Below, piece by piece: positions 33,758-46,900 of a DNA stretch of 55,574 nucleotides. Both the position numbers and the translations under genes were made by a program. Where the stretch lies: NCBI RefSeq assembly GCF_016433145.1, contig NC_058131.1:401709440-401765013 (forward strand), written 5' to 3'. Source of the DNA: Gracilinanus agilis (taxonomy: Eukaryota). The notes under the pieces were generated by a model. It was given only the letters and a program-made list of their open reading frames with translations. It searched no databases and was not told the origin of the DNA. How positions within the stretch are numbered: the stretch's first letter is position 1; every line of letters starts with the position of its first letter.

Positions 33758-33941
33758 TTTTTTTTTTAACCCTTAACTTCTGTGTATTGACTTATAGGTG
33801 GAAGAGTGGTAAGGGTAGGCAATGGGGGTCAAGTGACTTGCCCAGGGTCACATAGCTGGGAAGTGTCTGAGGCTGGATTTGAACCTAGGACCTCCAGTCT
33901 CTAGGCCTGGCTCTTAATCCACTGAGCTACCCAGCTGCCCC
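33758..33941 (-). mobile_element. SINE1_Mdo-type SINE
   Basis: Full-length; TSD ctattgcta(c/t)ctttt at 33747 and 33942. Confidence 0.92.
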
Positions 33942-34973
33942 CTATTGCTATCTTTTAAGAATGTGCAGTATAGACTTTATTTTCTATTGAGATAACTATT
34001 GAAAATATGTGTTCTAATTTTAGGTACTTCATAAGAAAGCCAAGAGCCAGAATCTCTACTAAGCTCATCGAGCAGAAAATAAAACAAAACAAACAAAAAC
34101 CCCCTAATAAATAGGGAGCCTTATCATAAAAGGAAGGTTGAAGATGACATTGGGTCTGTTTTAGAAATGAAGGCAGGAAACATGGCCATAACTAATCTAG
34201 TCCCAGGGGCTAAGGTTTCCAAGCAACAAGATACTAATATTTATTTTTAAAAACTCTGCTTATGGAATGAATGCAAAAATGGATATGAGGGTAGGGAATT
34301 GTACATATTGGTGGAAACATAACCCTTTTCCCCTTCATACAAATATTCTTCTCTAGCATATAAGTAAAATCAAACCCAGAAAACACATTGATTTTGACTA
34401 GGAGAAAACTAGAATGCATTTTGCACGAAGTAAACTTGAACAGAAAGCTGGCATAGATTCAGCAGGTGAGAACAAAAAAAAAAAAAAATAAAATCTCTTT
34501 CTGAAGTTACCAAAAGCATAGAAAGGAAAAGGAGCTAAAAGAGAAGAAAGAGAAATAATGTATCTTAGCTTTTGCTTTAAACTTCCCGTCTCCACAATCT
34601 ACTTGGATGCATATTTGTTTTAAAATAACTAGCTATTCTCTTCCTCTCCTCTTTAGCAAGGTTTGGTGAATCCAGGAGCAGGAGGGAGCTACCTTTCAGG
34701 ATCTCAGGACAAGTATTACTACATTTCTTGAATTTGTCAAACCACCCACACTCTGATGGCCGTGTTTCTAAAATACACGGGAAGTTTTGGCACGGTGAAT
34801 AAAACACTTTGAAGATTGAAACGACAAAACCAGGATTACTAGATTACAGCTTTGTGATAGGCTATGTCTTTCCTGCAATGAATCACAAACTATAGTATTG
34901 ATATGTATTTTTGAGGAAACATGGAAATCGAACACAACAATGAAAAAGAAAAGATACTCAAAGGAAAGCTCAC

Positions 34974-37397
34974 CATATCTAGTTTCTCAGGGTACGAAGC
35001 TGAATCACTGATGCCAAAGGGTGGATATGAAGATCGAGATGAATCAAAGGAAAGGAGATCCTGTCCTGCGTTTAACGGACCATTGCATTTGGGGGCATTA
35101 AACCCTGGCTTTCCCTGGTCTGTGGCCACACAGAGATTGTAGGAATAAGGCAAAGTACCCTCCCCGTAGTTTGCGGGAAGGCCAGATCCAGACTTAGAGC
35201 AAAGATTTGGTCGGAAACATCCCCATTCTTCGGAACTGGAGGATTTTCGAAGGCGCATTGCGATGACCAGAATCACCGTGACCAGAAATAGCACTGAGAC
35301 TAGAGCCAAAGCGATTACCAAATAAAACTGTAACTCAGATTGTGGGTCTAATGTATCAGCGCGCTCCTCCCGCATCTCTGGCAGCGCCTCCTGAAGACTG
35401 TCGGCGAAAACCATATGCAGAGCCACAGTGGCCGAGAGAGGCGGCTGTCCATCATCCTGCACGGAGACCAGCAGGCGGTGCCGGGTAGAATCACGTTCGG
35501 TTAAGGCCCTAGCAGTCCGGACTTCGCCTGTGCGTAGCCCCAGGCTGAAGAGCCCCGGATCCGTGGCCTGCAGCACGTGGTAGGCCAACCAGGCATTGTG
35601 TCCCGAATCTGCATCTACTGCCACTACCTTGGTGATCAGGTATCCTGGCTCCGCCAAGCGAGGGACCATATCAAAGAGAACTGAGTTGTCGGGGCTCAAG
35701 GTGGGATAGAGGATGTTCGGTGCGTTATCATTTCCGTCCAAGATAAACACTTGCAGAGTAGCATTGGTGCAGAGGGCTGGGGAGCCTGAGTCACAAGCTT
35801 GAAGAATCACCTCGAATGTGCGGACTTGTTCATAGTCGAAGGAGCGCTGAGAGAAGATGTCCCCGTTGTGGCCACTGACAGACACATGGGAAGATCCTGG
35901 CGCACGATCGAGGTCACTCCTGATGATGGAATAGGACACCCGGCCATTCTCTCCTAGGTCCAGATCAGAGGCCGAGACTCTAGCAATAGAGGCTCCAGAG
36001 GGGTTATTCTCAGGGACATAAATGACATAAGAAGAGAGTAGGAAAACAGGAGGGTTATCATTAACGTCACCCACAACCAGGGTGAGGATTTTGCTGGTGG
36101 ACAGAGAGGGATTTCCTTTGTCTGTGGCAATCACTGTGATGTTATATTCTGGGATCCGTTCTCTGTCCAGGGGTCCATCTGTCATTAACTTGTAAGAATT
36201 TTTTGACGAAGACGATATTTTAAATGGGACATTTCCTTTTATTTCACAAGAGACCTCTCCATTGTGTCCAGAGTCTTTATCACGAGTTTTGATCAATGCA
36301 ATCACGGTTCTGGGCAAAATGTCCTCTGGAATTACGGAGGGTATGGATTGTAATAGAACCTCTGGGGCATTGTCATTTACGTCTAAAACTTCAATTTCAA
36401 TTGTGCACTGTGTAACAAGTCCACCTCCATCCCTAGCTTCCAACACTAAAGAGTAGTCTTTGTTCTTTTCAAAATCGATACTCGCTGCAGTTGTAATCTC
36501 TCCGCTATTAGCATCCAGATCGAATACGTGCCAAAAGTCTTGACCTGTACTTCGGAAAGAAAAGGTGATTTCTGCGTTGACAAGCTCATCTTTGTCGGTG
36601 GCTGTCACCTGAAGCACTGGGGAGCCCCGGGGAAGGTTCTCGGGAAGACTGACCCTGTAGACGTCCTGGCTGAACACTGGGGCATTATCATTAGCGTCTG
36701 TGATATTTATACGGATCTGAGCCGTGCTGCTTCGAGCAGGGTCCCCACCATCCACGGCAGTCAGGAACAACTGATGAGAACTCTGTGTCTCCCGATCTAG
36801 GGACTTCTCCAACACCAATTCTGGATATTTATTGCCATCTTTATTATGCTTATTCACTAGTGAGAAGTCAGTGCTGGGACTGAGTTGGTATTTTCGCAGA
36901 GAATTGATGCCGACATCTGCATCTTGTGCTGAAAGTAGGATAAACCTAGCCCCTGGCAGTGTAGACTCGCTGATTTGCAAATCAAATGTATCTTGACTGA
37001 ATTGTGGCGAATGGTCATTAATATCCTCTATCTCCACAGTTATGTGAAAAAAATTTAGTGGATTTTCAGCAACTGTTTCAAAATCGAGGACACACACAGG
37101 CTTTTTCCCGCAAAGCTGCTCTCGGTCTATTCTTTCTTTGATCACTAGTTCCCCAGTCTCTGTGCTCACAGCAAAGTATTCCCTATCTCCACTAACCCGC
37201 AGTTTCCGAGACTGCAAATCACGGATCTCCAGACCTAGATGTTTAGCGAGATTCCCAACTACAGACCCTTTCACCATTTCTTCTGGAATAGAATAGCGGA
37301 TTGGCTCTGGAAGTGCCAGGCGGAACAAAGACAAGAAGAAAGAAAACAGTACCTGCGATCTCAGTGCTCTCCCCCTCAGGTTAGAGTTTTTTCCCAT
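34974..37397 (-). CDS. PCDHGB: Protocadherin gamma B-type variable exon (B4/B5-like), 808 codons
   Basis: ORF 34890..37427 begins at a TTG; the first ATG (MGKNSN) is at 37397. Six EC repeats and EGTLPYSYNLCVA. Donor ATG|GTGAGC at 34974/34973, phase 0. Confidence 0.93.
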
Positions 37398-37664
37398 TCT
37401 TCTTACTCTATCCAGCTTTCTGTCCAACGCAGAGAAGTCTGGTTTAGCGTTTCCAATCGTCAGTGGAATCCTAAAAGTTTTCTGAGATTAAGGTGAGTAC
37501 TCCTACTTTGAGTGGTGACGAATCGGGGTATTTTGGGGCTGTGTATAGCGAGCCCCAGGAAGCGAATGCTGGCTCTTCCCTAGGATGTAATTCGGGTGAC
37601 TGAGGAGAGAATCGCCCAGCAGGAAGTTCCAATAAGTGGATCCGGCTTTCAGCTCTGCCTCTGC

Positions 37665-37706
37665 GCTGGACAACAGCGGCACTCCGAGTCTTTATTGGAA
37701 ACTGCA
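37665..37706 (-). promoter_or_regulatory. Pcdh promoter CSE of exon 34974-37397
   Basis: Coding strand TGCAG-N13-CTCGGAGTGCCGCTGTTGTCCAGC. Confidence 0.9.
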
Positions 37707-39404
37707 GCCTTTGCCGCATCAGCATATCCACTAAAAATTATTTTAAGCTTCTGCCCATTAAAGCAATTCAGTGTTTTGGAATGTAGAAGCCCATAATTTC
37801 GTGTATATATATATATATATATATTCGTATATATACATAAACTCTTTAAAGAACTTCAGAAGATCCGTAAGTGTTTCCCCCCGGTTAAGGAGTCTCTGAT
37901 TCCAGTTACAATACATTCATTCCGTAGATTTTTGTTCTTGTTTCAAGGGCGTTTCTTCAGCATGAGCCACCATTTTAATTTTAATTCCACACAGAAGTAA
38001 TGCACACTTTCTGTAGCGCACCGCCACTGACGAAATCTGTGTTAACCGTGTTAAATTGAAAACCAGAGCATAGATTGGTGAGTTCAAATCTTGTCTCAAG
38101 AACTAAACAACTGTGATTGAGCAGAAGCCTCTCCGAATCTGTTTCTTCAAAGGAAGATAATAATGCACTTACCTCACAAAATTGAGAGACTCAAAGTAAA
38201 AGCATTCTAGCGCCCCTATCGTATTTATAGTTACCACCTCTGTTTTCCATATTTCGCTGTCTACACATTTTGTTCCCAACCAATTAAGAAAATTACTCCC
38301 CTCATGAAGCAGGAAGTAATGTTTGAAAGCACAAATTCTAATATTTCCTAATACTTAAATCAACCCTACAGTGTTTGACCACGGGAAGGCACTTAAATCT
38401 TCCAAGTTCCTAGGAAATTTTAGGCACGATGATGTGAACTCACTAAACAAGAATTTAGTAAGCTCCTATTTTTGCCACTGCATAGTGATGTGGACGTTGT
38501 ACAGAATCAAGATCATTGAAAGTTTATTTCGACTATTTTTACACTCCAGGGAAAGTTATCAGCCTGACTAGTCTGAATTGGGTTAAAAAGAATAGAGGTA
38601 ATTTGATTGATAAGTTGCCTCCTGCTCCTTGAATATCTTAATTCTGTTTCTTAAAAATTTTATGGAGTTCTTTGGGATTGGGAGTAGAACAGTAGAATAT
38701 TTTCCTCCTAAGTTTATCTTTTATACTTTTCTCTCAGTTTGTCAGGAATTTCCTAAACCAGGAAAGCTGTCATAACATTTCCCCACAAGTGATACTATCC
38801 TCAGCTAATAGAGGTGGTTTGCAATTTTACATTTTTTTGTAAATTTTACATTTTACAGTGAAAGAAAATGGGGAAACTCAGTTATTTTTACATGCAAATT
38901 ATTAGAAGACCCACAATGGCATTCTTTTGAAGATCATAGGGATAGTTATTTAAAAGCAAATATCTAATGTGGCAGTTATTGAATTCCATGCAAATACTGT
39001 ATGAATACACTATTAAATGGTTTCAGGGTTTGATTCTTATTTTCATTTATTTGAAGTTATTTGACTAATTCAGCAAAATTCATCCTATTGTTTGGGAAAC
39101 ATGTACATATACAATGAATTTTCTTGTTCAGACTCTATCCCTATCTATATCTATATAGAGATATATTTATCTCTATGCCCCATTTTTCTGAATGGTTTAC
39201 TCAGATGCTTCTAACTTTCATGCAATTGTAATTCTACTCAGAACAAAAGCTAAACAAGGCATCTCTAATTCCTCATTTAAGAAATAGGTTGTAAAAATCA
39301 AGTGACCTTGTACAACATAGGCAGTTTGACATATTCTTGCATGAATTAGTAATTATGTAGACCTATGGACACATTTAATCACTCATTCACTCACAAAGAT
39401 TGTA

Positions 39405-42390
39405 CATTATGACCAGGTGGGATTTATATTAGAAATGCAGGAATGGTTTGATATTAGGAGAACTATAAAAATAATTGATCACATCAATAACAAAAACAAC
39501 AAAAATCATATTATTCTGCCAAAAGATGCAGGAAAAGCTTTTGATAAAGAAGAGCACTCATTCTTTTAAAAATCATTAGAAAGCAAAGGAATAAATGGAG
39601 CTTTTCCTAAAATGATTAATAGCACCTATCTAAAACCAAGAGTAAGAATTTTTTGTAATGGAAAGAAATTAGAAGTCCTCAATAGCTCAGAGGTGAAGCA
39701 AGGATTTCCATTATCACCTTTATTATTCAATATTATACTAGAAATGTTAATTAAAGCAATAAGACAAGAAAAAGAAATTGAAGGAAAGAGAATAGGTAAA
39801 TAAACAAAACTATTACTCTTTGCAGATGATATGATCTATACTTCGAGAACTATAGAAAATAAACTAAAAAGTAGTTGAAAAAATTAACCATAACAACGTT
39901 ACAGGATATAAAATAAATCCACATAAATTACCAGCACTTCTCTATATTACCAACAAACTAAGCAGGAAGAGATAGAAAGATGAATTCTATTTAAAAATAA
40001 CTGCAGGCATTATAAAGCACTTGGGAGTCTACCTACCAACACAAACTCAGGTACTATATGAACACAATTACAAAGAATTTTTTATACAAATAAATACAGG
40101 TCTAAACAACTAGAAAAATAATAACTGTTCACAGGTAGGCTTGTAGCTAATACAATAAAAGTGACAATTCTATCTAAAATAATTTGTTTATTCAGTGCCA
40201 TACCAAATTACTAAAGAATTATTTTATAGAGCTAGAAAAATAATAACAAAACCTACCTTGAAGAACAAAAAGCCAAATATGTCAAGAGAATGAAAAAAAA
40301 ATTAAGAAAGGCAGTCTAACAGTACCAGATTTAAAACTACATTATGAAGTGATGATCATAAAAAAAACTGGTACTGGATAAGAAATAGGATTGTTGATCA
40401 GTGGAATAGATTACATATACAATATGCAAAAGTAAATGGACATTGTAATCTAGAGTTTAATAAACCCAAAGATCCAAGATCTTGGGGTGAGAATTCATTC
40501 TTCAACAAAAACTACTGGGAAACCTGGAAAGTGATCTGGCAGAAATTAGGTGCAGCTGGACCTCTCACACCATATAACAAGATATGATCAAAATGGTTGT
40601 ATGATTCAGACATAAAAGATGATATAAACAAATTAGGTGAGCATGGAAAGAAATTATCTGTCAGATCTAAGGACAGAGGAATATTTTATGACCACACGAG
40701 ATAGAGAAGATCGCAGGAAGCAAAATGGATAACTTTGATTTTATTAAATTAAGAAGTTTTTGTGCAAACAAAACCAATGCACCCAACATTAGAAGGTTAG
40801 CAGGAAATAGGGCAAAAAACTTTTTTTTGGCAGCAAGTTTCTCTGATAAAGGTTTAATTTCTCAAATATATAGGGAACTGAATCAATTTTACAAAAATAA
40901 GTTCCATTCCCATTGATAAATGGTTAAGGGATATGAACACAAACTTTTCAGAAGAAATTAAAGCTATCAATAGCTATATAAAATGCTTTAGATCACTAAT
41001 AATTAGAGAATTGCAAATTAAAACAGCTCTGGGATATCACCTTACACTCATCAGATTGGCTAATGACAGAAAAGGAAAATGATAAATGCTAGAGGGGTTG
41101 TAGGACAATAGGTATACTAATGCATTGTTGGTAAAATTTAATCTAATCATCTGGAGAACAATTTGGAACTATGCCCAAAGTGCTATAAAACTTTACATAC
41201 CCTTTGATCCAGCAATAACACTACTTGGTCTGTATCCCAAAGATATTAAAAAAGGGGAAAGCACCTATAACTACAAAAATATTTATAGCAGCTCTTTTGT
41301 AGTGGCAAAGAATTGGACATTGAAGGGATGCACATCTCTTGAGGAATGGCTAAACAAGCTGTGGAATATGACTGCGATGGAACACTATTGTGCTGTAAGA
41401 AATGACAAGGAGGATAGTTTGAGAAAAAACGAGAAAATGTATTAACTGATGCAAAGCAAAGTGAGCAAAACCAGGATATCACTGTAAACAGTAACAGCAA
41501 TATTGTAATGATTATCAATTGTTACTTTGTGACAACATTTGTACAACCCAGTGGAACTGCTTGTCAGCTTTTGGAGAGGGAAGGAAGAAGGGAGGTAAAG
41601 AAAATGAATCATGTAAACATGGAAAAATATTTAAAAGTAAATAAAGCAAAAAATTTGACCAATACAATGATCAATGACAATTCCAAAGGAATCATGATGA
41701 AAAGTACTATCCGCCTCTGAAGAGAGAACTAATAAACTCTGCCTGAAAATAATCTCTTTCACTTGCTTTATTTTTCCCAATTTTTGGATGGGACGAAACC
41801 ATGGCTAATGTGGAAATATATTTTGTATGACATTACATGGATAAGGGGTACCATATTTCTTGTCTTCTCAATGAGGGAGAGAGGGCCTAGAGTAAGGGAG
41901 GGGACTTGGAACTTGAAATAAAAATGAATATCAAAAATCACTCATTTGTGAATGAAACATGTTTATGTTAATGAATAATTCAAGAAATATGCAAAGACAT
42001 ATAAACTGATGCAAAGTGAGGTAATCAGAAACAGGAATATAATATATATAATGACTACTACAAACCAGATGGAAACCACAAAATAAAAGATGGTTAAATG
42101 CCATGTAAGTATAATGACCAAATTTGGCCCTAGAGAAGAATTCAGAAAATGCAACTACCTCCCTTCTTAAAAGAGACTATACATATGGGATGTTACATAA
42201 AAGCTTTTTTTAAATGGTTGATAAACTTGCTGGTTTTGTTCAAAAACAAAAACAAAAACAAAAACAAACCAGGTTTTTTTTGGCCTGTGATGATTTGCTA
42301 GGGAAGGATGGTGGGGTAAGGAATATATTCATAAACAAATGTGATGTTAAACAAAAGATGTCAATAAAAATGAAAATAAAATAAAATTTA
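39405..42390 (+). mobile_element. Degenerate marsupial L1 (RT through 3'UTR) with nested additional L1 3'-end pieces
   Basis: ORF 39612..39803 (VKQGFPLSPLLFNIILE), tttgcagatgatatg (FADDM), ORF 41125..41445 (IPFDPAITLLGLYPK). Extra 3'-UTR segments at ~41520-41655 and ~41980-42170. Confidence 0.92.
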
Positions 42391-42631
42391 AAATAGTGGA
42401 AGTATAGGATAAATAATATGGAAAAATCTCATCCCCAAAGCAAATAAAACCATAAAGGATGACATCCTACAAAGTTCATATTCTAAACAGTAAATCAAAC
42501 CAAATTCAACATTTTAAAAACATCTTTTAAATGAAAACTTTAACAACCTATATCTAAAAAAACCCAAGCTCAAACCTCAGGAATACAAAATATTTCCCTT
42601 CAGAGCCAAGTTTAGGAAAGAATTAACTCAC

Positions 42632-45040
42632 TTGAAGAAAAGTAGATTCATCTTTGCATTCTTGCAACTGTTTGGTTGTTAAAGATTCTTTTTTATCACA
42701 GCTCTGAATATTAAGGAGAGTTTCTGCATAGTTGGGTTGGGGAAAGATCAACTGACTCTTTGGAGAATCTGTGCTGAGGGAAATTTGGTGGGAATGCGTC
42801 TGAAGAAAAGCTTGAACTCCTTCGATGCCCGCAAACTGAATGTCGGGAACAGCTCCAACACAGTCATTAGTTGATTCCAACAACTGTGATGTCCTACATT
42901 GGCACAGTCTGAGGGTCAGTAAGATGATTATGAAAATGAAGAACAAGCAGGATACAGTAGCTACAGCAATGACTAGGTAAAATGTGAGGCTAGAGTCATC
43001 TGAAGACTTAGCAGCTTCTAGGTTGCTAAGGTCAGAGAATATCTCTGGGATGCTGTCAGCCACTGCTACTGTGATACTGACTGTGGTAGATAGAGAAGGT
43101 TCTCCATTGTCTGTAACTGCAACCAATAGCTTCTGCTTAAGGGTATCTTTGTCTATGAAGGCCCGTAAAGTCCTGATCTCTCCAGTGTGCAGTCCCACAG
43201 AAAAGAGCCCAGGTTCAGTGACTTTGATAAGTCTATAAGATAGCCAAGAGTTCTGTCCCGAGTCTCTATCCACTGCCACTACCTTGGTTACCAAATAGCC
43301 TGGTTCTGCAGAGCGAGGGGCCAACTCAACTCCAGTAGAGCCATCTGTGGGAAAAGTGGGGTACAGGATTTCGGGGGCATTGTCATTCTGGTCCAAGATG
43401 AACAGAGTCAAAGAAACCTTGTGCCTAAGAGAAGGGTCTCCGGAGTCTTGAGCTATTACTTGGAGTTGCAGATCTCGAAACTGTTCATAATCGAAGGATT
43501 GAAGAGCATAAAGGACTCCAGTCTCCGAGTTGATGGAGACATAGTTCCTGTGAACATCACCCTCAATGGAGTAAGTGATACGGGAATTTTCTTCGCTGTC
43601 TGGGTCATGGGCTGTCATGGAATAGATAGATGAACCTCTGAGGTTGTTCTCTGGAATGTAGGCAGAATACGATGTTTGACTAAAGCTGGGAGGGTTGTCA
43701 TTAATGTCTGTGACTCTCAGAGAAAGTTGAGTAACTGTAATAAGAGGCGGAGTACCCTGATCAGAGGCTGTAACAGTGATGTTGTATTCAGAGATCTGCT
43801 CCCTGTCCAGAACTCCTTCTGTCACCAAACGTTGATAATTATTAAGAGACCTTTGGAGTTTGAAAGGCAGATTAGCCGGGATCGAACAAATGACGTGTCC
43901 ATTTTCCCCAGAATCTCGATCATGCAAATTGAAAAGGGCAACGATTGTTCCAGGTGGAGAGTTTTCAGGGACTGAGTTGGTGAAATAAGTGATTGTCACT
44001 TCTGGGGCATTATCATTCACATCCATGACTTTAACAGCCACTTTGGCGCTCCCAAAGAGCCCTGGTCCATCATTAGCTTGAATTTCTAATTCATAAAGCT
44101 TGGCTTTCTCATAATCCAATGACTGCTTAGTTAGTATTTCCCCTTTATGGGACTCTAAGTAAAAAATATCTGAAACTGGTCTTTTAAGATTCTGGAATGA
44201 ATATGTCACTTCTCCGTTGATTCCTTCATCTTCATCCGTAGCGTTCACCTTGAGTAGCATAGTTCCGACAGGTACATTCTCTGGTACACTCACGTGATAA
44301 ACAGACTGAGTAAACACTGGAGCATTGTCATTTGAATCCAAGACAATTACTCGGATGCGGGAGGTGCCAGAAAGGGCTGGATTTCCCCCATCTAAGGCCG
44401 TGAGGATGAGGTGGTAAACAGGCTCCACTTCTCGATCTAGGGCCTGCTCCAGCACGAGTCTCGGATACTTGGCCCCGTCGTCTCCAGTTCGCACAAGTAG
44501 GGAGAAGTGATCACTTGGATTCAATTGGTAATTCTGGAGGGAGTTCACTCCCACATCTGGATCCCATGCACTGGGAAGCCCAAATTGCGTTCCCTGCGCT
44601 GCATTTTCATTGATTTTTAAGTCTAATTCTTGTGCCTGGAAACCAGGGGTGTTGTCATTAATATCTTTTATTTCCACTTCTATGGAATACAGATCCATTC
44701 TGTCCTCAAACAGAAGCTCAAAGCCTATCAAACATTGTAAGCTCTGGGCGCAGAGCTCTTCCCTGTCTATTCTGTCTGCTGTCACTAAGCTGCCGCTTCT
44801 GACATCCAATACAAAAGGTTGAGTCCTACCTCCCGACAAGATCCGCGCTCCTCTTTCCGACAATTCCCGCGGTTCCAGACCGAGGTCCTTGGCGATAGCG
44901 CCCACAAAGGAGCCCTTCTCCATCTCCTCGGGTACCGAGTAGAGGATCTGCCTGGCTCCGGTCTCCCAAAACACCCCGAGGAGAAAGAAAAAAAAAACGA
45001 CTTGCCGTCTGAGGTCGCCGAGCCTCTGATCAGCAGCCAT
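42632..45040 (-). CDS. PCDHGA: Protocadherin gamma A-type variable exon (A6/A7-like), 803 codons
   Basis: ORF 42623..45040 starts MAA, six EC repeats, TM helix and A-type cytoplasmic motif. Donor CAA|GTGAGT at 42632/42631, phase 0. Confidence 0.95.
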
Positions 45041-45287
45041 TGTTGTAGCACTGCAGAATTGTTTCGTGTATTCTTTCTAGAGTACTATTTCCAGAGTAGC
45101 GATGGTTTCCTCATAGTTGGGGCAATCAGCATTTACTAGTGATTTCTGAGTTCAAAGGACTGGTAGTGGTGGCGGGGGAGCTGAATTTCCGGGCAACACT
45201 CTGCTCCTATATGTCTGATTTGCCGGTGTTTTGAGAGTTGGAGGCGGGGATGGTCTCGCAGGATCTCTGAATGTATTTCTTTCCTTG

Positions 45288-45329
45288 ATTGGTGAACAGC
45301 GGCGCCCAGAGTCTCAAACGATTACCGCA
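45288..45329 (-). promoter_or_regulatory. Pcdh promoter CSE with CCAAT box of exon 42632-45040
   Basis: Coding strand TGCGG-N13-CTCTGGGCGCCGCTGTTCACCAAT. Confidence 0.9.
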
Positions 45330-45579
45330 CCGGCAGATAAAGAAAATTGTTTAAAATCTTCGTTCTTTAACAATCCCTTTATTTCTTTTAAACATAATTT
45401 AAAAATATATTTATTATCTCGTATCTGAAATTCAGTGAAGATACAAATCATTTTTTGAGTGTCTGTAGCTACTGACTGAGCTTTCTTTTGGTTAAACAAG
45501 CTTTGTTTGACAGTGAGCTGTTTAACACTTCTTATTTATGACTTAGGTGACGGCAAGATGTGATAGCATATTTATCAGA

Positions 45580-46355
45580 TTTTTCAGGTGACTTGAAGCT
45601 GGAGAAATACCTAATCCACTTTAGAACAGAATAAGGATCCCCAAAGACCTTTATAAAACTAAAGCATTGGGCTTAATCTAGGAAGATAGAAATCAATAAG
45701 GTCAAGTGCAAAGTCCTACACGTGATTCAATAATTCAACATCACAGGTGCAAGATGGCTGAGGGAATGATTGAAAAAGATCTAGGTATGCTGCAAGCCCA
45801 ATGTGCGTTAGCTGTGCATGATGCAACAAGCCAAAACAACCAATGCAATTTTGCACTCCATAAGAGAAATATAACTTCAGGCAATAAGAAGATGATAATT
45901 CTTTTGTGCTATTCAGTGCTCAGACCCCATCTGGAATGCTGTCTTCAGTTCTCGGTGTCATAATTTAGGAAGGATATTGACAAATTTCAGAGTATTCAGA
46001 AGAGAGTAATGGGGATGAAGAAAGGTTCATAGTCTCAGCTCAGTTGAAATAATTGGAGATATGTAGCCCAGAGAAGAAATAACTCCAGAGAGTATCAAAG
46101 ATATACTCAAGTAGTTAAAAAACTGTACTATGGAAGAGATATTAGATTGGTTCTATTTGACCCTAGGTGACAGAAGCCAGAGCAATGGGTAGAAGTTGCA
46201 AAGAACCAAAATTTAGACATGATTCTAGGAGAAACTTCCTAACCATTAAAGCCATCCTGATGTGGTGTGGGTTACCTTTGGATACAGTGTATTTCTTCCT
46301 CGCTGGAGATTTGAAACACTGACTGGATGACCAACAGTGAAATATGTTGTAGTTG
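45580..46355 (+). mobile_element. L3/CR1 LINE 3' fragment
   Basis: aagtgcaaagtcctacac, gaaaaagatctagg, cagaccccatctggaatgctgtcttcagttct and gatattgacaaa are CR1 RT C-terminal signatures; ORF 45706..45963 ends LRPHLECCLQF. Confidence 0.85.
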
Positions 46356-46769
46356 GGAATTCTTTTTTTGAATATTTGTTGGATTTGTTGGCTGTTGGAA
46401 TTGTTTCCAACTCTAAAATTCCCTGGCCTGTGGTTATTTCTATTTTTTTGCCTGGGGGCTTTCATTTTCTTATTTTTCATTAGGAGACTCCATAGAACCA
46501 TTCAAGAAATTCCCAATGCAAATCAATCTTCCCATATTCTCTTGAAAAAGGAATTAAGTGGCATAGAAACAGTAACATCTCTTCAGGGAGTAGATGTTTA
46601 TTTGTTTGTTTTCCTGAGGTTTTCATATTACTCTCTGCCCTTATTTGAGAAAAGCTTGGTCATCATGTTTGCTGTTTAATAAAGATCCAGAAATTGGGGA
46701 AGGTCTGGATTTGATCCCCCAATGACCATGTGATTTGAGTCCTATTATGATTTCCTTTATACAGTTAAG

Positions 46770-46900
46770 GAAAGTGATGTAGAAAACAGTTAAGTGACTT
46801 GCCCATGCCCACAACTATTAAGTGTCTGAGGTCATATTTGAACTCAGGTATTTCTAATTCTAGGACTAGCACTCTATCCATCTAGCCAGCAGTTGCCACA
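46770..46900 (-). mobile_element. MIR/Mar-type SINE fragment
   Basis: gttaagtgacttgccca...gtgtctgaggtcatatttgaactcagg. Confidence 0.7.

Noticed and set aside
34577-34807. 76-aa minus-strand ORF just downstream of a splice donor
   Set aside because: No recognisable domain, no convincing acceptor, and no similarity to Pcdh constant exons.
37398-37427. N-terminal extensions from TTG (37427) and GTG (24281) starts in the ORF track
   Set aside because: Non-ATG starts are a feature of the ORF caller. In-frame ATGs at 37397 and 24278 give normal signal peptides.
38205-38225. ctagcgcccctatcg, a possible extra CTCF site upstream of the B4/B5-like promoter
   Set aside because: Only a partial match to the core and it lacks the CSE architecture; it cannot be supported without a matrix scan or ChIP data.
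39612-41445. RT-like ORFs suggesting an active retroelement
   Set aside because: Short fragments of a heavily frameshifted, 5'-truncated L1.
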